DNA from: the human T2T-CHM13v2.0 reference genome, Homo sapiens
Length of the DNA: 64,000 nt
Assembly (NCBI RefSeq): GCF_009914755.1
Contig: NC_060935.1
Reading direction: 5' to 3' (one strand)
Made by a program: the position numbers and the translations under genes. Position 1 is the stretch's first letter. Every line of letters begins with the position of its first letter. Below the pieces are notes generated by a model. The model did no database searches, was not told the DNA's origin, and worked only from the letters and a program-made list of their open reading frames with translations. Of this stretch, positions 1 to 14,835 are shown in pieces.

Positions 1-168
1 TTCTTCATTTGAATATTTTACATTCCCAGGAGCGGAAATGCCAGGTCAAAAGGTCTGAGCGCCCCCATGGCCCTGGGCACGTGTCTGGCCAATTGCTTTC
101 ACCAGAGTTATGCCAATTTATATGACCAAATCACTGGGACCCAATTTCTTCTTATGAAAATAAAATAG

Positions 169-505
<337 letters not shown>

Positions 506-1514
506 CTAAAATGAGGTATAGAGAAAATGGGTTTCAACCAGAGGACAATAAACTTCAAAGATGAGAGGACTTTCCACTGGAGTGGATTAGGGGAGACATA
601 ATTTCACGCTGAAGGACTCATCAGAACAGAATAGTTTCTCCTTCTCACAGAGAAATGGACTCTGATAACATCAGGCCTATTCCAAATCTCCAAGTCCATG
701 GCATTTTTCCTACTCGGCTTCGTGAACTTCCAATGGAATGTGCTTATTGGCCCCGGGGCCAGCACGGGGCCATCTTAGGTGCCGAGGATAGAGAGGCGGT
801 GTTGGAAGAAATGGGTGGGGATGCCTCCAAACCACCCACAAAGACCGTTCCCAGAGACCAGAGGCAGGAATGGCAGACAACCTGGTGACACTGAGATGCC
901 AATAAAACCCAGGATTGATTGATGGAAAGACGAGCCAAGCCAGGGAAAATCAGAATGAAACAGACGGCCCCGGGTGAATGAATGCACATTTCCCATAATT
1001 ACATAGAGATGGAAATAAGCAGCACAGAACAAAGCGAGAAGGAGAGCCCACTTCCAAGTTGTTTGCAGCAGAGGCTGAAAATAGACACCGGAGAGGTGGT
1101 GCTGGATAGAAACCGCCAGTGTTTGTCTCCGAGCTTCCTGCAATGAAACAACAAGCAACGCACTGGGGGCAGGAAACGGAGCCGTCAGAGGAAAGCACCC
1201 CAGAGACGCTGTTCCCCGTCTCCCGACACTGGAGAAACAGGTGGCCAAGGGCAGCCGCCAAGGTTTCCAGAGGCTGGTGCCGAGCCCAGAGAGACCTGAA
1301 CTGGGTCCCTGGGAAAGCGGAAGGGCAGAAAAGCGAACTGGAGAGTCTAGAGTGCGCTTCCAGTGGGACAGCACCCCCAGGCAAAGTCAGCTAAAGAGGG
1401 TGCCGGTGGTGGGGTCTTTCTACCGTGGCAGAAAACGGAGGCACCCCTCTTCTTAGGGGTTCCTAGGAGGACAACTGAGCCTTCAATGCCTCAGGTTATT
1501 TTTCTGTAAATTAG

Positions 1515-1820
<306 letters not shown>

Positions 1821-3714
1821 TAACAAGGATGACACTGGGAAGCACAGGTCAACTGCTGGTGTCCCAAGCCCTGCTCTCAGCACTCCACAGACCCCAGGTG
1901 CCTAGCGGCCACCTCATCTCAGCACAGAAGGCAGCGTCATCATCCCCATGACACAGATAGTCCAGTCACCTGCTCCCGGCCACACAGCTGGGAAGGAGCC
2001 AGTGCTCCGAGGTCTATGTTCCAATGTAAAGCACCACACTCTCCCTCCCACCCTTCTCTGAAAAATGGGGGCTAGAACAGGACCACTGGGTGCTGTGAGC
2101 ATGAACGAGGTCATCCAATGGAGAGCCTTCGGTGCCTCCCAGGCCCAGAGCATGGTTCAAGGCCCGTGGTGCTATTTAAGAGTTTCTCTGTGCTCATAAA
2201 AGAGCCTGCTGCCACGGGGACTGGCTGCTGCTCTCTGATCTGAGGATGGGCAGGACTGCAGCTGGGGCCTGGGCATTCCCATCCCTGAGCAAGATGGCAT
2301 CACTTTACAGAGGAGAGGTGGAGGCCCCCATCAAGAGGAGGGGACCTCTGCCCCGGCCCATCATCAATCTTGCGAGGGTCCTTGACTGTGCTGCGACCCA
2401 CACCCCAGTACAGGGTCCTGGGAGTGTGCTAGGGAGACAGAGACACAGGTCTACGTTCCAGGCCTCAGCTATGGAGTCCCACCATGGCACCCCGCGGGAG
2501 GCCGTCCCTCCTGCCCACTCTGTACTTGATGAGGTCCACGCCTCCTACCGCTGCAATTCTGTTGAGGTTCTAATGAGACGGGGTCCCCCAAATGCAGCCT
2601 TGTCTCACAGGGTGGTGACGGGGTTGGCAGCAGCAGGGCCTCCTCTCTGAGATTCTCAGCAAGAAAGTGATGCCAGGAGGCAAAACCGTCAATCCCAGGA
2701 TCTGCTGTCAGCGTTAAAAATAGGGGGAAATGTGCCTGACTGCCAGATCCCCTGCCAGGGAGGGTGCTGCCCCCCTACCCAACTCAGAATTTTAAATTAA
2801 TTTAAAATTGCTCTGGAACGGGGGACCAGCACTGAAAACCTGCCCGAGCATCTCTCTGCGCTCAGCAGCGACGCCATCCAGGGTCTCATCTCTGCTCCTG
2901 AATTTCCCATGCTCCCTCTCAATTCACTCCACTCAGGTTCCAAGTTCACAAGCAGAGTCTACCACGCAAACTCTCCCACATCCCCACAGAGAGGAACCAG
3001 CCTGGCTTTGCCTGGGGTGCCCCCACCCACCCAGTCCTCATCATCTGGCTGCAGGGGTGGGCCAAGAGCCAGTCCAGGGCCTGCCCAGCAAGGCCTGGAC
3101 CAAAGAGGGGGGCAGGGCTTGGAGACGGTTCCCAGTGGAGGACCACCAGGAGACCACGTCCTCCCAGGCTTCACGGCTACAGGAGACCTGGGGAGCCCAG
3201 GGCTGCTGAGGTGACCGTGGCTGGAGGGGACCAGCCAGCTGGGGTGTGGCTTCATCTTGCTAGAAGGCATGGCAATGCCTGCGGTAGGAAGGGCGGCCCC
3301 ACACCTATTCCCAGTTCCCAAAAGGAGTCTGAGGTCCGCTGGGCTTCATTTCACAGCCAATGAAACAGAAGACGAAAGGCCCTCTCAGGACAGCCTTCTC
3401 TCCACGGAGGCTTAGCGACAGCAATCTTATCACTGCTGCCTAAAAAAGAAGCCAGAACTCTGGATTTTTATGTGAAATCTCCTGATTTTAAATACCAGCA
3501 ACGAGTTCCTATTTTATCAAAATGTGCCTTACAGCATGGGCTAAAAGAATCTGCCCGTGAGCCGCCAGGAATTGTGGGGTGGGGGGTTTGAAAGACGGGC
3601 AATGTCAGGGCCTGGCGGGGGTGATCAACCCACCCGTTCCCGCCACTTCCCAAAGTGAGCTCCACGGGACCCTGGAGACCCTTGAAGATGACTGTGCAAA
3701 ATAGGTTCTACAGT

Positions 3715-3850
3715 CATGTTTGGGAAACGCCAGATCAAACAAAGCTAAGGGGCTTTTTTATTGCAGGCCTTACCAGGACCTTAAAGGCCCTAAAGTGCAC
3801 TGCAGGCCTTATCAGGACCTTAAAGGCCCTTAAGTACATTCTGAGGGTCC
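3715..3850 (+). mobile_element. Probable MER103C-like DNA-transposon relic with a 39-bp tandem duplication (3762-3839)
   Basis: gggaaacg...aaacaaag...ttgcagg motif; tgcaggcctta(c/t)caggaccttaaaggccct repeated at a period of 39. Confidence 0.45.
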
Positions 3851-4417
3851 AGGAAGGAAGTAAAGCAGGTAGCGCTTCCAATGCGATTTGACCACAGACC
3901 TGTGCTTTGCAGAGCAGCCACGGCACTCACTAGAATCCAGCACCTTTACCTTGAAAGGTAAATGGCAAGTGTGCAGTTCAGGGTCCGAGAAGCTTGGGCA
4001 GGGATGTACCACGTCCAGTGATGCAAGCCACCCTCAACTGTGCAGTCTGGCTGTGATCTTAATTACAGAATGGGAGAGCCAGTCCTTTCCCCGAGCAAGC
4101 AAGCCTGATGCCAGCTTGTTTCAGGACCACCAGGAATGTCAACAAGTGCATGATGCTGGGAGACAAATTGAGCACCATACAGACAGCTGGGCCTCTGAGT
4201 GGGTGAAGGGGGACCTTGCTCTGAGGCTTGATGCTGCGTGAATGAGTCAGAGAAGGATGTGAGTGGTGCCCAGGGATGCTGGCTGCAGGGCCACTGAAAA
4301 TATGAATGGTAGAAACGGCCTGGACCTCACACTCCGGAATGTTCAGACATAGGGGCACACACCCCCTCCCCACCAGGACACAAGGCACAATTACCAACAA
4401 GATACATACACCCATAG

Positions 4418-4531
4418 GCAGGGTGTGAGGATGCATACCTGAAATTCCAGCTACTCAGGAGGCTGAGGTGCTATTGTTTGAACCCAGGGATCTGAGACCA
4501 GCCTGGGCAACACAGTGAGACCCCATCTCAA
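4418..4531 (+). mobile_element. FLAM/Alu monomer
   Basis: ccagctactcaggaggctgagg...gagaccagcctgggcaacacagtgagacccc. Confidence 0.8.
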
Positions 4532-5074
4532 TATATTAATATGTATACACATGCATGCATGCCAATGGCTGGTCTAAAAAGGTGAGGTAGAGAAAAAGAC
4601 ACCAATCCACAATCTATTCTCCCTAGATCACATCTGTGTGAATTCTGTCTACGGGTGCACAAATGGGGCTGAACAGGGACATGGAACCTGGAAGTCCTTC
4701 TCTGCACTGGAGGCCAGCAGGCTGTGGCAGGCTAGTGTAGGAAGTGGGTGCCTGGGCTCAGGGTGGACCCCAGAGCCAACTGTACTAGAGCATAACCCTG
4801 GGCAAGTGCCTACCCTTTGTCAAATGAAAATACAAGGGATCACTGTGTGAGAACATAACACCCTAATATACATGTTAGCATGCAGTAGCCATACTCCTTC
4901 CTCTCTTTGAATTTTCTTATGAGGGCATTTATGTCAAAAGAATGAAACCACAGTAAAAAAAATATGCAAACAGCAGTGTTGGGTCAAATCTGTTAATAGC
5001 TGCCATTTATCAAGTCTCCTGGATGGTGATCTGGGGTCCATGATCTCCCTACGTTATCTCTTTTTTTAAAAAAA

Positions 5075-5420
5075 ATGTTTTTACTCATGGCAAAATACAT
5101 ATAAAATTTACCATGTTCATCATTTTTAAGTGTACAGGTCAGTGACATCAAGTATATTCACAGTGTTAGGTGACCATTACACCATCTGTCTCCAGAACTT
5201 TTTCATCTTCCCAAACTGAAAATGCTGTCCCCATGAAACACACATGCCCTATTCCCTCTCCCCTAGCCCCTGGCCCTCATCATCCTACCCTCTGTTTCTA
5301 TGAATCTGACGACTCTAGGGACCTCATATGAGTAGACCAGTACAGGATTTATCCTTTAGTGACCAGTTTCTTTCACTCAGCACAGTGCCCTCAAGGTCTC
5401 TCCATGTTGTAGCCTGTATC
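5075..5420 (-). mobile_element. L1MB-type 3' fragment
   Basis: Typical antisense L1M 3'UTR text (catttttaagtgtaca...ccagaactttttcatcttcccaaactgaa). Confidence 0.8.
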
Positions 5421-6489
5421 ACAACCTCCTACGGTTCTCCTTCAATCTTCACAACAGTGTCAGCGGTCAGTACTCAGGTGACCAGATGGGATCAGAGAAG
5501 CCAAACAACATGTCCAAGATCACACAGCTGCACCTGAAACTTGAACCTAGAGATGTCTGTCTCCAAGCTTCCACCCCAGGTGTTATACCTCCTGCCCCCA
5601 AGGCCAGAGAAGCAGTGGTTTTTGATGCATTTTTTCAAGCAACTGGCTCACTTTACCCAAATGAGATGCTCATACTCACTGGGGGCCAGGGTGGTGTGGT
5701 TTACCAGCTCTCCCTCCTGCCCATCAGACAGTCCCTAAAGCACCTGTGAGGAACTCTCTGGGACAGTGTGTAGAAACCATACCAAGGATGGATCCTCAGC
5801 CTCCCCTCTGCCAAGAGCCACGTGTCCTCACCATGCACGCCCGAGCTGAGCTCTCTCCCAAATTCCAAGATCTAAGTGTAGTGGGGGCTTGGGCCTCGAG
5901 TCACTGTGCCTGCAGCTCCCGTGGGCTCCTGGGGAGAGTAACTTATGACTCTGAGGCACCCGGACCTTCTAGTCAGTTCTGAATCCCATCAGACTGCTGG
6001 CGAATGGGGAGAAGCTGGGAAAGGTGACCTCACAAGGCAGCTCCTGATCTCAGCTTTGGGCAGGGGTCCCTGAGTCCAGACCAGCTGAAACAAGTACCCG
6101 AGAGTCCTGACAATTGTGCTGCTGGGCTCTGCAGCCCTGACAACCCCTTCGCCCTCCAAGCCACACATTTTCCACTTTTAAAATGGGCTCACGGCCACTC
6201 TTCATGCTTGCTGCAGGGGTAGAGTGAGCCAACACAAATTTGGAGCATCCGTACCCCAAGGTGACCCATTAACAGTGGCTGTGGCTCTCACAGGAAGGCT
6301 GGGACCCAGCCCTGTAGGGACTGTCAGTCCCTGGTGAGAATTCCTGAATCCTCTCCAGGATCCCTCCCTACTCTCTGGACTTTCCACTTCATGGAGCCCT
6401 TAACTCTCAGATCCAAATACCAGAGCCTTGCAGAACAAGAACAGACTCAGAAAAGATCTTCTCCCCAACAAAGGCACAAGAAAGGGCTG

Positions 6490-6975
6490 TTGTAGCTGGG
6501 GCTCCTAATTGTCCCCCACTTCCTGTTCTCCTGTCTTCCTCTGAAATGTAACCTGGCCCTTCATCTGGTCACCTGGCTGTCCACAAAGAAGAAGGTTTAA
6601 GAACATGGCTGTCCACTTAAGAAGGGAGCTGTGTGATAAGATCCTGACCACTGGGACATAAATAAAAGAAACAGGTCCACTTAAGGAAAGTGTCCTTATA
6701 GGAAAAGGGAATAATGCCTTTCTCCTGCCCCTTTCTCCTTTCTGCTGATTGGAATGATGATGTAATGGGTGGAGGTGAGGCAGCCGCCTTGGACTATGAG
6801 GGCAATTGAGCACGGAGTCCACACATGATGAAGCAGTAAGTCAGAAGAACATGCGTCTCAGACACCACAGAACCCTGCCTCAGTTATGGACCACCTAGCT
6901 GGACTTTTATGGAAAAGACAAACTTTTTAAAAAACTTAGGATTTTTAGTTACTCACAGCCAAATCTCACCATGAC
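6490..6975 (+). mobile_element. Old MaLR LTR (MLT1J/K-like)
   Basis: Motifs cagccgccttggactatgagg and ttagttactcacagccaaa. Confidence 0.55.
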
Positions 6976-7406
6976 TATTAGAGGCTAGCAATGCCAATTT
7001 AGAAATACTTGAGAGAGCAGTAGCATCGTTATTAAGGACCCAGAGCTTGGGGTCCAGTTGGACCATGCGTGGAGGTTCAAACTCTTGCTAATCATCCTGA
7101 GTGGATGCAAAAGTCAGAGCCTCCCGGCCCCCAGGCTGGTAAAGTGAGGCAGACTCATAAACGACTGTGATAAAATGTGATCAATTAATAAGAATCACTG
7201 CCCCATGAAACTCTGCCAGGCAGTCTGTTCCCATTCCCACCTACTCCTGAAAGCCGTGAAAATAAAACACAGTCCCTTTTAAAACCAAGACCTTCTGGGC
7301 CACTCTGTGCCCAGGGAAGCAGGACTACTGCAGGAGTCCCCTGGCCGCCGGGGAGGAGCGTGGGCAGGGTCTGCAGAGGCGAGAGAGAGCTCGGACTCAG
7401 ACATGA

Positions 7407-8097
<691 letters not shown>

Positions 8098-8904
8098 CCA
8101 CGACCAGGATGGCTGTGCTGTTAGGAAGAAGCCCAAGGTAGAGGCCAGGGGAGGGGTTGCCTTGGCAAGGCCTTGAGTCTCCACATCACTGTCAGCCAGA
8201 GGAAGGCAACGTTCCCTGAACCAGTGGGCCACGTGGGAAGTTCTGCAGAGCCCCACAACCCTGCCCTGGGGAAGCAGAGCCCTCAGGCCCACTCGACAGG
8301 CCATCTGGGGTGCCCCCTGCTGAGACACCTTCAGTGCCTGGCATTGGGTTTACGGGAGACAGCAATCCTTGGCAGGGTCCTCCTGGGCTCCTTAGAGCCT
8401 GTGGGGAGAGTGAAGTTGGGGGAAATGAAACATGAGCAACACTCCGTGAGCTCTGGAAACAGAGCCAGACTCTTTCTAGGGAGCAGACACTGGAAACTCC
8501 AGCCAGGTGGACCTGGACCAGGCGTCCCGGCGCCTCCCACGGGCCCTGGAGCTCAGAGCACAGCTTCCTGGGAGAGTCCAAGTGCGGGAGAGGGTGTGAG
8601 TCACAGCGGCCGTGGGGACAGACAAGACCCTGAGGCTGCAGTGAGGCTGAGTGCGTCGGCCATTGTCACCCAGTGACCGAGAGAGGTTTGAAGCGGACTG
8701 GTGCTCAGTTCTGGGTGCAGCCTTAAGCGTCTTTCTCAGTCTCTTTATGGCCAGGGGGGATGCCTCTCAGCAGGCAGGGCAAAGGCAAATGTCTCCTCCC
8801 AACAGCTCCACCAGCCCGGAGCGTGTGATGTGTGTAGGATGCTTCCTGGGCATCTGCCTCCACTCTCAGTAACGGGAGGGAGACAGAGTGAAAATACAGG
8901 ATGC

Positions 8905-9308
8905 GTCCCATGTTCCTGGAGCTGCCGTGACCGCTTAATACACAATGGGTGACTTCAGACAACAGAAATTCATTCTCTCACAATCTTAGAGGCCAAGAGT
9001 CCAAAATTAGGGCTGTGGCAGCACTTCCTCCCTCCAGGGCCTCTAGGAGAGGACCCTCCCTGCCTCTTCCACTCCATTCTCTGCCTTCGTCTGTGTGTGG
9101 CCTTCCTCTCTTGGTGTGCTTCAGTGGGTTCCTGTGTCTGAATCCCCCCTCCTTCTTCTTATAAAGACATCAGCCATTGGTCATACTAATACAGCATGAC
9201 CTCATGTTAACCAAACCAATTAAACCCACAAAGACGCTATTTCTAAATAAGGTCACATTCTGAGGTTCAAGTTGGACATGAAATTGAGGGGACATTATTT
9301 GACCCAGA
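8905..9308 (-). mobile_element. MLT1 (B/C/D-like) LTR
   Basis: acaacagaaattcattctctcaca...tttctaaataaggtcacattctgagg. Confidence 0.8.
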
Positions 9309-10964
9309 AGAAAGACCCTGCAGTGTTAACAGTGATTCACTTGGGGAGTGGGGGAGAAGAAGGTTTGGATGATTTTCATATGTACACGCATTTACCCCTT
9401 GCTTTTGTGTAATTTCTACGAAGACCACATATTACCTCTCTATTCAGAGGCAAATAAATAATAGTATATTTTTGATTAAGAAAAAATTACTTGAGATCTC
9501 AAAGGTCCTTGTTGACTGTCATGAGTAGGAAAGTTACCAATGCTAAAAATGCTGAGATCGAATCTAGTGAGTCCAGCAGAGAGAAGGCTGCTGGCTCATG
9601 GCCCAAGAAACCCAGTGCCTTGTAACTGTGGCTAGTGCTGTTACTAGCACTCAGCCCAGCCAACAAAGTTGAGAGCTTGAGCAACAGGAAAGTGAAGTGA
9701 GCAGGTGCCTCAGATTCCACCCCCAGTGGCCCACATTCAGCCCTGTAGCTTGAAATCCAACTGAGCGCATGCATGGCTGGATTGAGGGAGAGGGACCAAG
9801 GTCCAGAGGGTGAAACACGTGCTTTCCATCCAGGCACAGGCAAGGAAGGGCCTTCTGGGGAAGGAGATGCAGAAGTGGCCCAAATGGAAGATGGATGCAG
9901 GCCCACACAGTGAAAGGTCCCGCCAAAGCTGACAAGCACATGAAGGCCAGTGAAATGTCCCTCTCTGTTCTCAATGGGGAGCCCAGGGAGAAACACCCAC
10001 AGCTGGAAGCAGGCACCACAGGGGGCAAAGCTGCTGGGGTGTGAGTACACTGCCCCATGGCCTCTGGGGTCCTGGACAAGCCCTCTGTCCACCACAGAGC
10101 AGGGACTAGGCACTGGTCTCCCTACTACACCTGTGTTGCACGCAGGGAGTGAACAGCAAGAGCTGTACTTTTTGTTTTTGCAGAAATCCAGATCACGGTT
10201 CACCCACGACTATCAGAAACCCACCCCCAGATGTTCATGACTGTCCATCAATCTAGGAGGTCTGGGCCTGGCCCGTAGTCCTGAAAATCTGGACACTCTC
10301 AGTGACCTGCTAATAAGAAGGGACAGCCATTTGGCTAGATGCCAGCATATGGCCCAGTGGCTCTGGCTGTTTGCACAGCAGGCTCGGCTGCCCCTCAATG
10401 ACTTCATGATGAGGGATAATTAAAACAGCTTCCCTGCACGTTCTCCTCCCTCATCCAATTTGGTCACATGATGAACAAGCTCAGAGGAAATTAGCAAGGT
10501 ATTCTAAGCCCTACAGGACAGACATTCTAGCAGGTGAGGAGTAAGCCAGGTTTCTGGAAGCTTCCCATATCTAGAATGTTGGGTTCTGGGCAAATTGCCC
10601 ATCAGTCTGGCCCAACTCAGTCACAGAAGGTTTCAGATCCCTCCTCTTTGCTCCCCCAACCCCTTGCTCAGATCTGATCCTATCAGCTCTTCCAACAACC
10701 TCCAGGCAGGTCCCCCTTTAGCCAGCTTCCCCTTCCTGATTCTTGAACCCCAATGTTATAGCTCTGACCAGGGCATCTGCTTTAAAAATCTTCAACAGCT
10801 CCCATGGTTAGAACAAAAGTGAAGGAATAGGAATTCCTACATTCAAATCCTGGTCTCCAACTTCACAAGAGGTAACGCTAAACCAGCAGACCCTGAGGGC
10901 AGAGAAGCTGCCTTCCATGGCACAGGGCCTGGCATGTGGTAAGCTCACAAAAAATGTAAGATGA

Positions 10965-11830
10965 ACAGAAGAGAGGAAGGAAAGAAAAAAGAAAGGTGGG
11001 AAGAAAGGAAGGAGTTAAATCGATGGCAGGATGGGTAACTGCATGGATTGTTGGATGAATGGATGGATGGGTGGGTGGATAAATGAATGGATAAATAGAT
11101 AAGTGAATGAGCAGAAACACTAATGAATGGATAGATGGATGAATGAATGGATAAAGAGATGGATGAATGCATGGATAGAGAGATGGAAGGATGGATGGCT
11201 GAATGAAGAAATGGATAGATGAATAGATGAATGGATAGATGGATGGATGGAAAGACAGATGAATAAATTGATGGATGGATGGATAAATGAACAGGTGAGT
11301 GAATGGGTGGGTGGGTAAATGGATAGATGAGTGGGTGGGTGGTGGGAGGATGGGTGAATGGGTGGTTCAATGAGTGGATGGATGGGTGGATGGATGGATG
11401 AATGGATAGGTGATGGGATGGATGGATGAATGAATAGATGAATGAATGGGTAGATGGATGAATGAATGGATGAATAAATGGACAGATGGATGGATGGGTG
11501 GATGGGTGAGTGAATAAGTGGGCAAGTGAATGCACAGATGAATGGATGGGTGACTGGATGGGCAGATGGGTGGTTAGGTGGGCGCATAGATGAATGGATG
11601 GACAGATAGATGGATAATTGACTGGAGGAAGGAATAGATGAATAAATGGATGAATGGGTAGATGGATGGATGGATAAATTAACAGATGGATATTTGGATG
11701 GATGAATGGGTGAGCAGATAGGTGGGTGGGTGAATGGATAATGAGTGGATGGATGGATGGATGGATGGATGGGAGGATGGGAGGTTGGGTGGTAGGTGGC
11801 TGGATGAATGAATGGGAGGGTAGATAGATA
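10965..11830 (+). repeat. Degenerate (TGGA/TGAA/TGGG)n array, about 0.85 kb
   Basis: Directly visible. Confidence 0.97.
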
Positions 11831-12449
11831 TATTAGTTGTATATATAAAGGCAACCTTCCCCTCTTGGACTGTTTTGCCCATCTATTATATTTCCTTGCC
11901 TCTAGGGGGTGTGAGTTTAAACCATGTTTGATACATTATTTCATTAAAAACACCAACAGCCTTATGAGGGAGGCATCTGATTCCTGCTTTATTGAATCAG
12001 AGAATTTCAAGGATCTTACACAGAGTCCCACTCAATAAGCAGGTGGGACAGCTGGAATTCAAACATCTGCCAATCTGTGCCCAGGACTCTTTGCCCAGTG
12101 TGGTTCTCCCTGCTCTTCCCAGCCCCAAGCATCATTTGAAACTCTGGATACACACCAGATGGACACCCCTGGCTGGCCCTTCCTTAACTTCTGTCTACCT
12201 CGTCTCTATCCTTAGTCTGACAGGGTTGGTGATACCTGTTTTGGACTTACATCTCTTCCTGCTAACTTATGCTCTCTGCAACAGCCTGCCTCTGCGTGCA
12301 AATGTTCCTGCAAGAGGGATTAAGCAAACATTTCCCTGACGATGGCCCCAGCAGCCAGGAGGCAGTCTCAATAGCTGGTTTCCATGCTTTGCATAAACTT
12401 CAGTGGACTCCAAGGGCTGGAGCCTGAGAGCCCAATCGGGCCACAGGAT

Positions 12450-12590
12450 GACTGACACTGGACAAGTAAGCGGGCCTCAGCTCCCAACCTACAAAATGGG
12501 AATAATGCAAGTAGCACCCACAAAGGGTTGTTTTAGGAATCAAATTGGATAATGCACAGGACTTAGCACCCAGTAAATACTCAATGTACG
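12450..12590 (+). mobile_element. MIR fragment
   Basis: gcctcag...ctacaaaatgggaataat MIR core. Confidence 0.65.
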
Positions 12591-13789
12591 GTGACCCGCT
12601 TTTCAAACACCTGCTCCTAAGCAAAGCGTTCTCAACCTAGCCACAAGCAACCTGGAGGCTAAGCCCTCCCAGGCTGACTCTGGCCTTCCCTAGCACAGGG
12701 CTCAGTCATGTGCCCAACAGATGACTGCTGGGTCTTGGATATCCTATTTCCTTTTCCTCAAGTGGCCTCACTTCCTGATAAAGACCTTGGTGCCTTTCTC
12801 AGGACTTGGGAGGGCCAAGCCCTTGGGCAGTGCCCAAGAGAGCACAAGCAGTTGACATACGGGTTCTGCTGCCCACCCCATCATCCTCAGCACTTTAGTT
12901 GACGTGATGGCCCACCTCTTGCTATTAGGGGCATCACGGAGCACAAGGGGAGATCTAAGCCCACAAGACTTGCAACTCTCTAGGAAGAACTGACGGCAGC
13001 CTTAGCACATGACATCACGAAGACACAATGACCCTTGAAGGCCAAAAATGGTGGTAACAGCAGATCACAGCGATGGGGCACTTCCATGAGTCACACACCA
13101 TGTTCCACGGCTCACACACATCCTCTCAAGATGCTGAGACCCAGGATGGGGCTACATCTGACCTAGTGTGTGGGTGCTTCACTGCAGCCTCCACCCACCC
13201 CACCTTGGAATCCTTGTACTGTAGCATGATGGATTATCTGGGCCTGTGGCAAGTTGCAAGACACCATTTGGAGAGGGAATTATTCAGATCATAGCACACC
13301 CATGACCTGTGCTTCTCAGCTTTCATCCCAGCCCAAATGTGCCAGGAGCTAAATTTAGGGTGAGGGTTGTACCCAGCCTGTGCTCTGTCAAGAAGGAGCC
13401 GAGTGCTGCTGCGAAACCACCCCAGAGCATCTGCTTCCTGTCCCCTGTTCATAATCCATTTTAAATGAAGTCATCAAAATTCACTGCCATGTTCATATAA
13501 AATAACAGCAGCAACTGCCACTAAATTTGTATTGCGCTGTGCGGCCAGGTTGCTCTTCTCTTAGCCATGGCCATGTCAGGTAGGCAGGGTGCATGTGATA
13601 CCCATGTCTGAAGCTGCAGGCATGGCAGTGTGCCATGCAAAAGCCCATGGCCTCCTGTAGTCTTTGCCATCCACTCAGTGGGCTAGACTGGAAACCCAGG
13701 CATGACCTGCACACCCAACACCTAGCAGCAAGGCAGATTCCAACCTGACCATGGCTCTCCAGTCTCATGCCCATGGCTGAGTATCCCAT

Positions 13790-14260
13790 GGACATGGCAG
13801 CAGCCTTCCAGTGTGAGCCCTGCTTCCTTCCTTGCTAAAGACAGTTATCCACACAACAGCCAAAGGATTCTTCTTAACAACAGCAATCATGGAAACTTCT
13901 TTGTTAAAACTCCTTAAAGGTTCTCCCCATTTAGAACAGAACCCAGACCCCTGATTTAGAACATGAGGCTCAAGGGACTTGGCTCCTATCTCCAGCCTAA
14001 CTTTACTACCTCTTCTCCTGGACTATGCACCTCCCACTCACACCTCCATCTGGTTATCCCTGGCATCTGGGAGAACCCAAGCAAGTTCTTTCCTACTGCA
14101 GGGTCTTGGCCAAAGCTGTTTTCAGGAATGTGCTGTCCACACACCTGTACATGCTCGTCCCTCCCAAAGGCATTCCTGAGCACTTTGTTTTTACTACTGG
14201 GCAGTCCACCTTGCCCTGAGTCTCATGCTGTCCTTTCCACACTGGAGCACTGGTGTTGGG
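13790..14260 (+). mobile_element. L2 fragment
   Basis: cacacaacagccaaaggattcttc...aaaactccttaaaggttctcccc, L2-like. Confidence 0.5.
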
Positions 14261-14295
14261 CCTAGAGTCATAAAATGTTTACATACAGCACTGCT

Positions 14296-14835
14296 CTGGA
14301 TGGGTGGGTAGATGAATGGAGAGGTGAGTGGATAAACAGAATGGTGGGTGGGTGAGTAGATAAATGGATAGGTCGGTGGATGAATTGGATGGACAGAATG
14401 AATGTATAGATAATAGAGAGATGAACAGATGTCTGGATGGATGGGTGGATGAGGGTAAGTAGGCAAGTGGGTGAATAGATGTGTAGATAAGTAGATGGAT
14501 AGTGGATGAATGAATAAATGGATATACAGATGGGCAGATGGATGGGTAGGTGAGTGGAGGGATAGATGAATGGACTGATGAATGGATGGATGAATGGAGA
14601 AGTTGGTAGGCAAGCGAGTAGGTGGACGGAAAGATGGGTAGATGGGTGGGTGGACAGATGGATCGATAGATGGATAAGCGTGTGGGTGGATGGATGGATG
14701 GACAAATGGATGAAGTGGGTAGGCAGGTGAATGGATGCATGGAAAGATGGGTAGGATGGATGGGTGAGTGGATGGATGAATGGGTGATAGGTAGATAGGT
14801 GGGGATGGATGGACTAGTCAGAAAAGTGGATGAAT
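14296..14835 (+). repeat. Degenerate (TGGA)n array, about 0.54 kb
   Basis: Directly visible. Confidence 0.97.

Noticed and set aside
9499-10203. Long ORFs (234 aa here; also 775-1374, 22216-22818, 26483-27130, 57073-57777, 61693-62313)
   Set aside because: No recognisable domain or exon structure; expected by chance in GC-rich intronic DNA.
10878-11882. Long His/Pro/Ser/Ile-rich ORFs (up to 244 aa; also 14194-14740 and 29259-29507)
   Set aside because: They are translations of (TCCA)n simple repeats.
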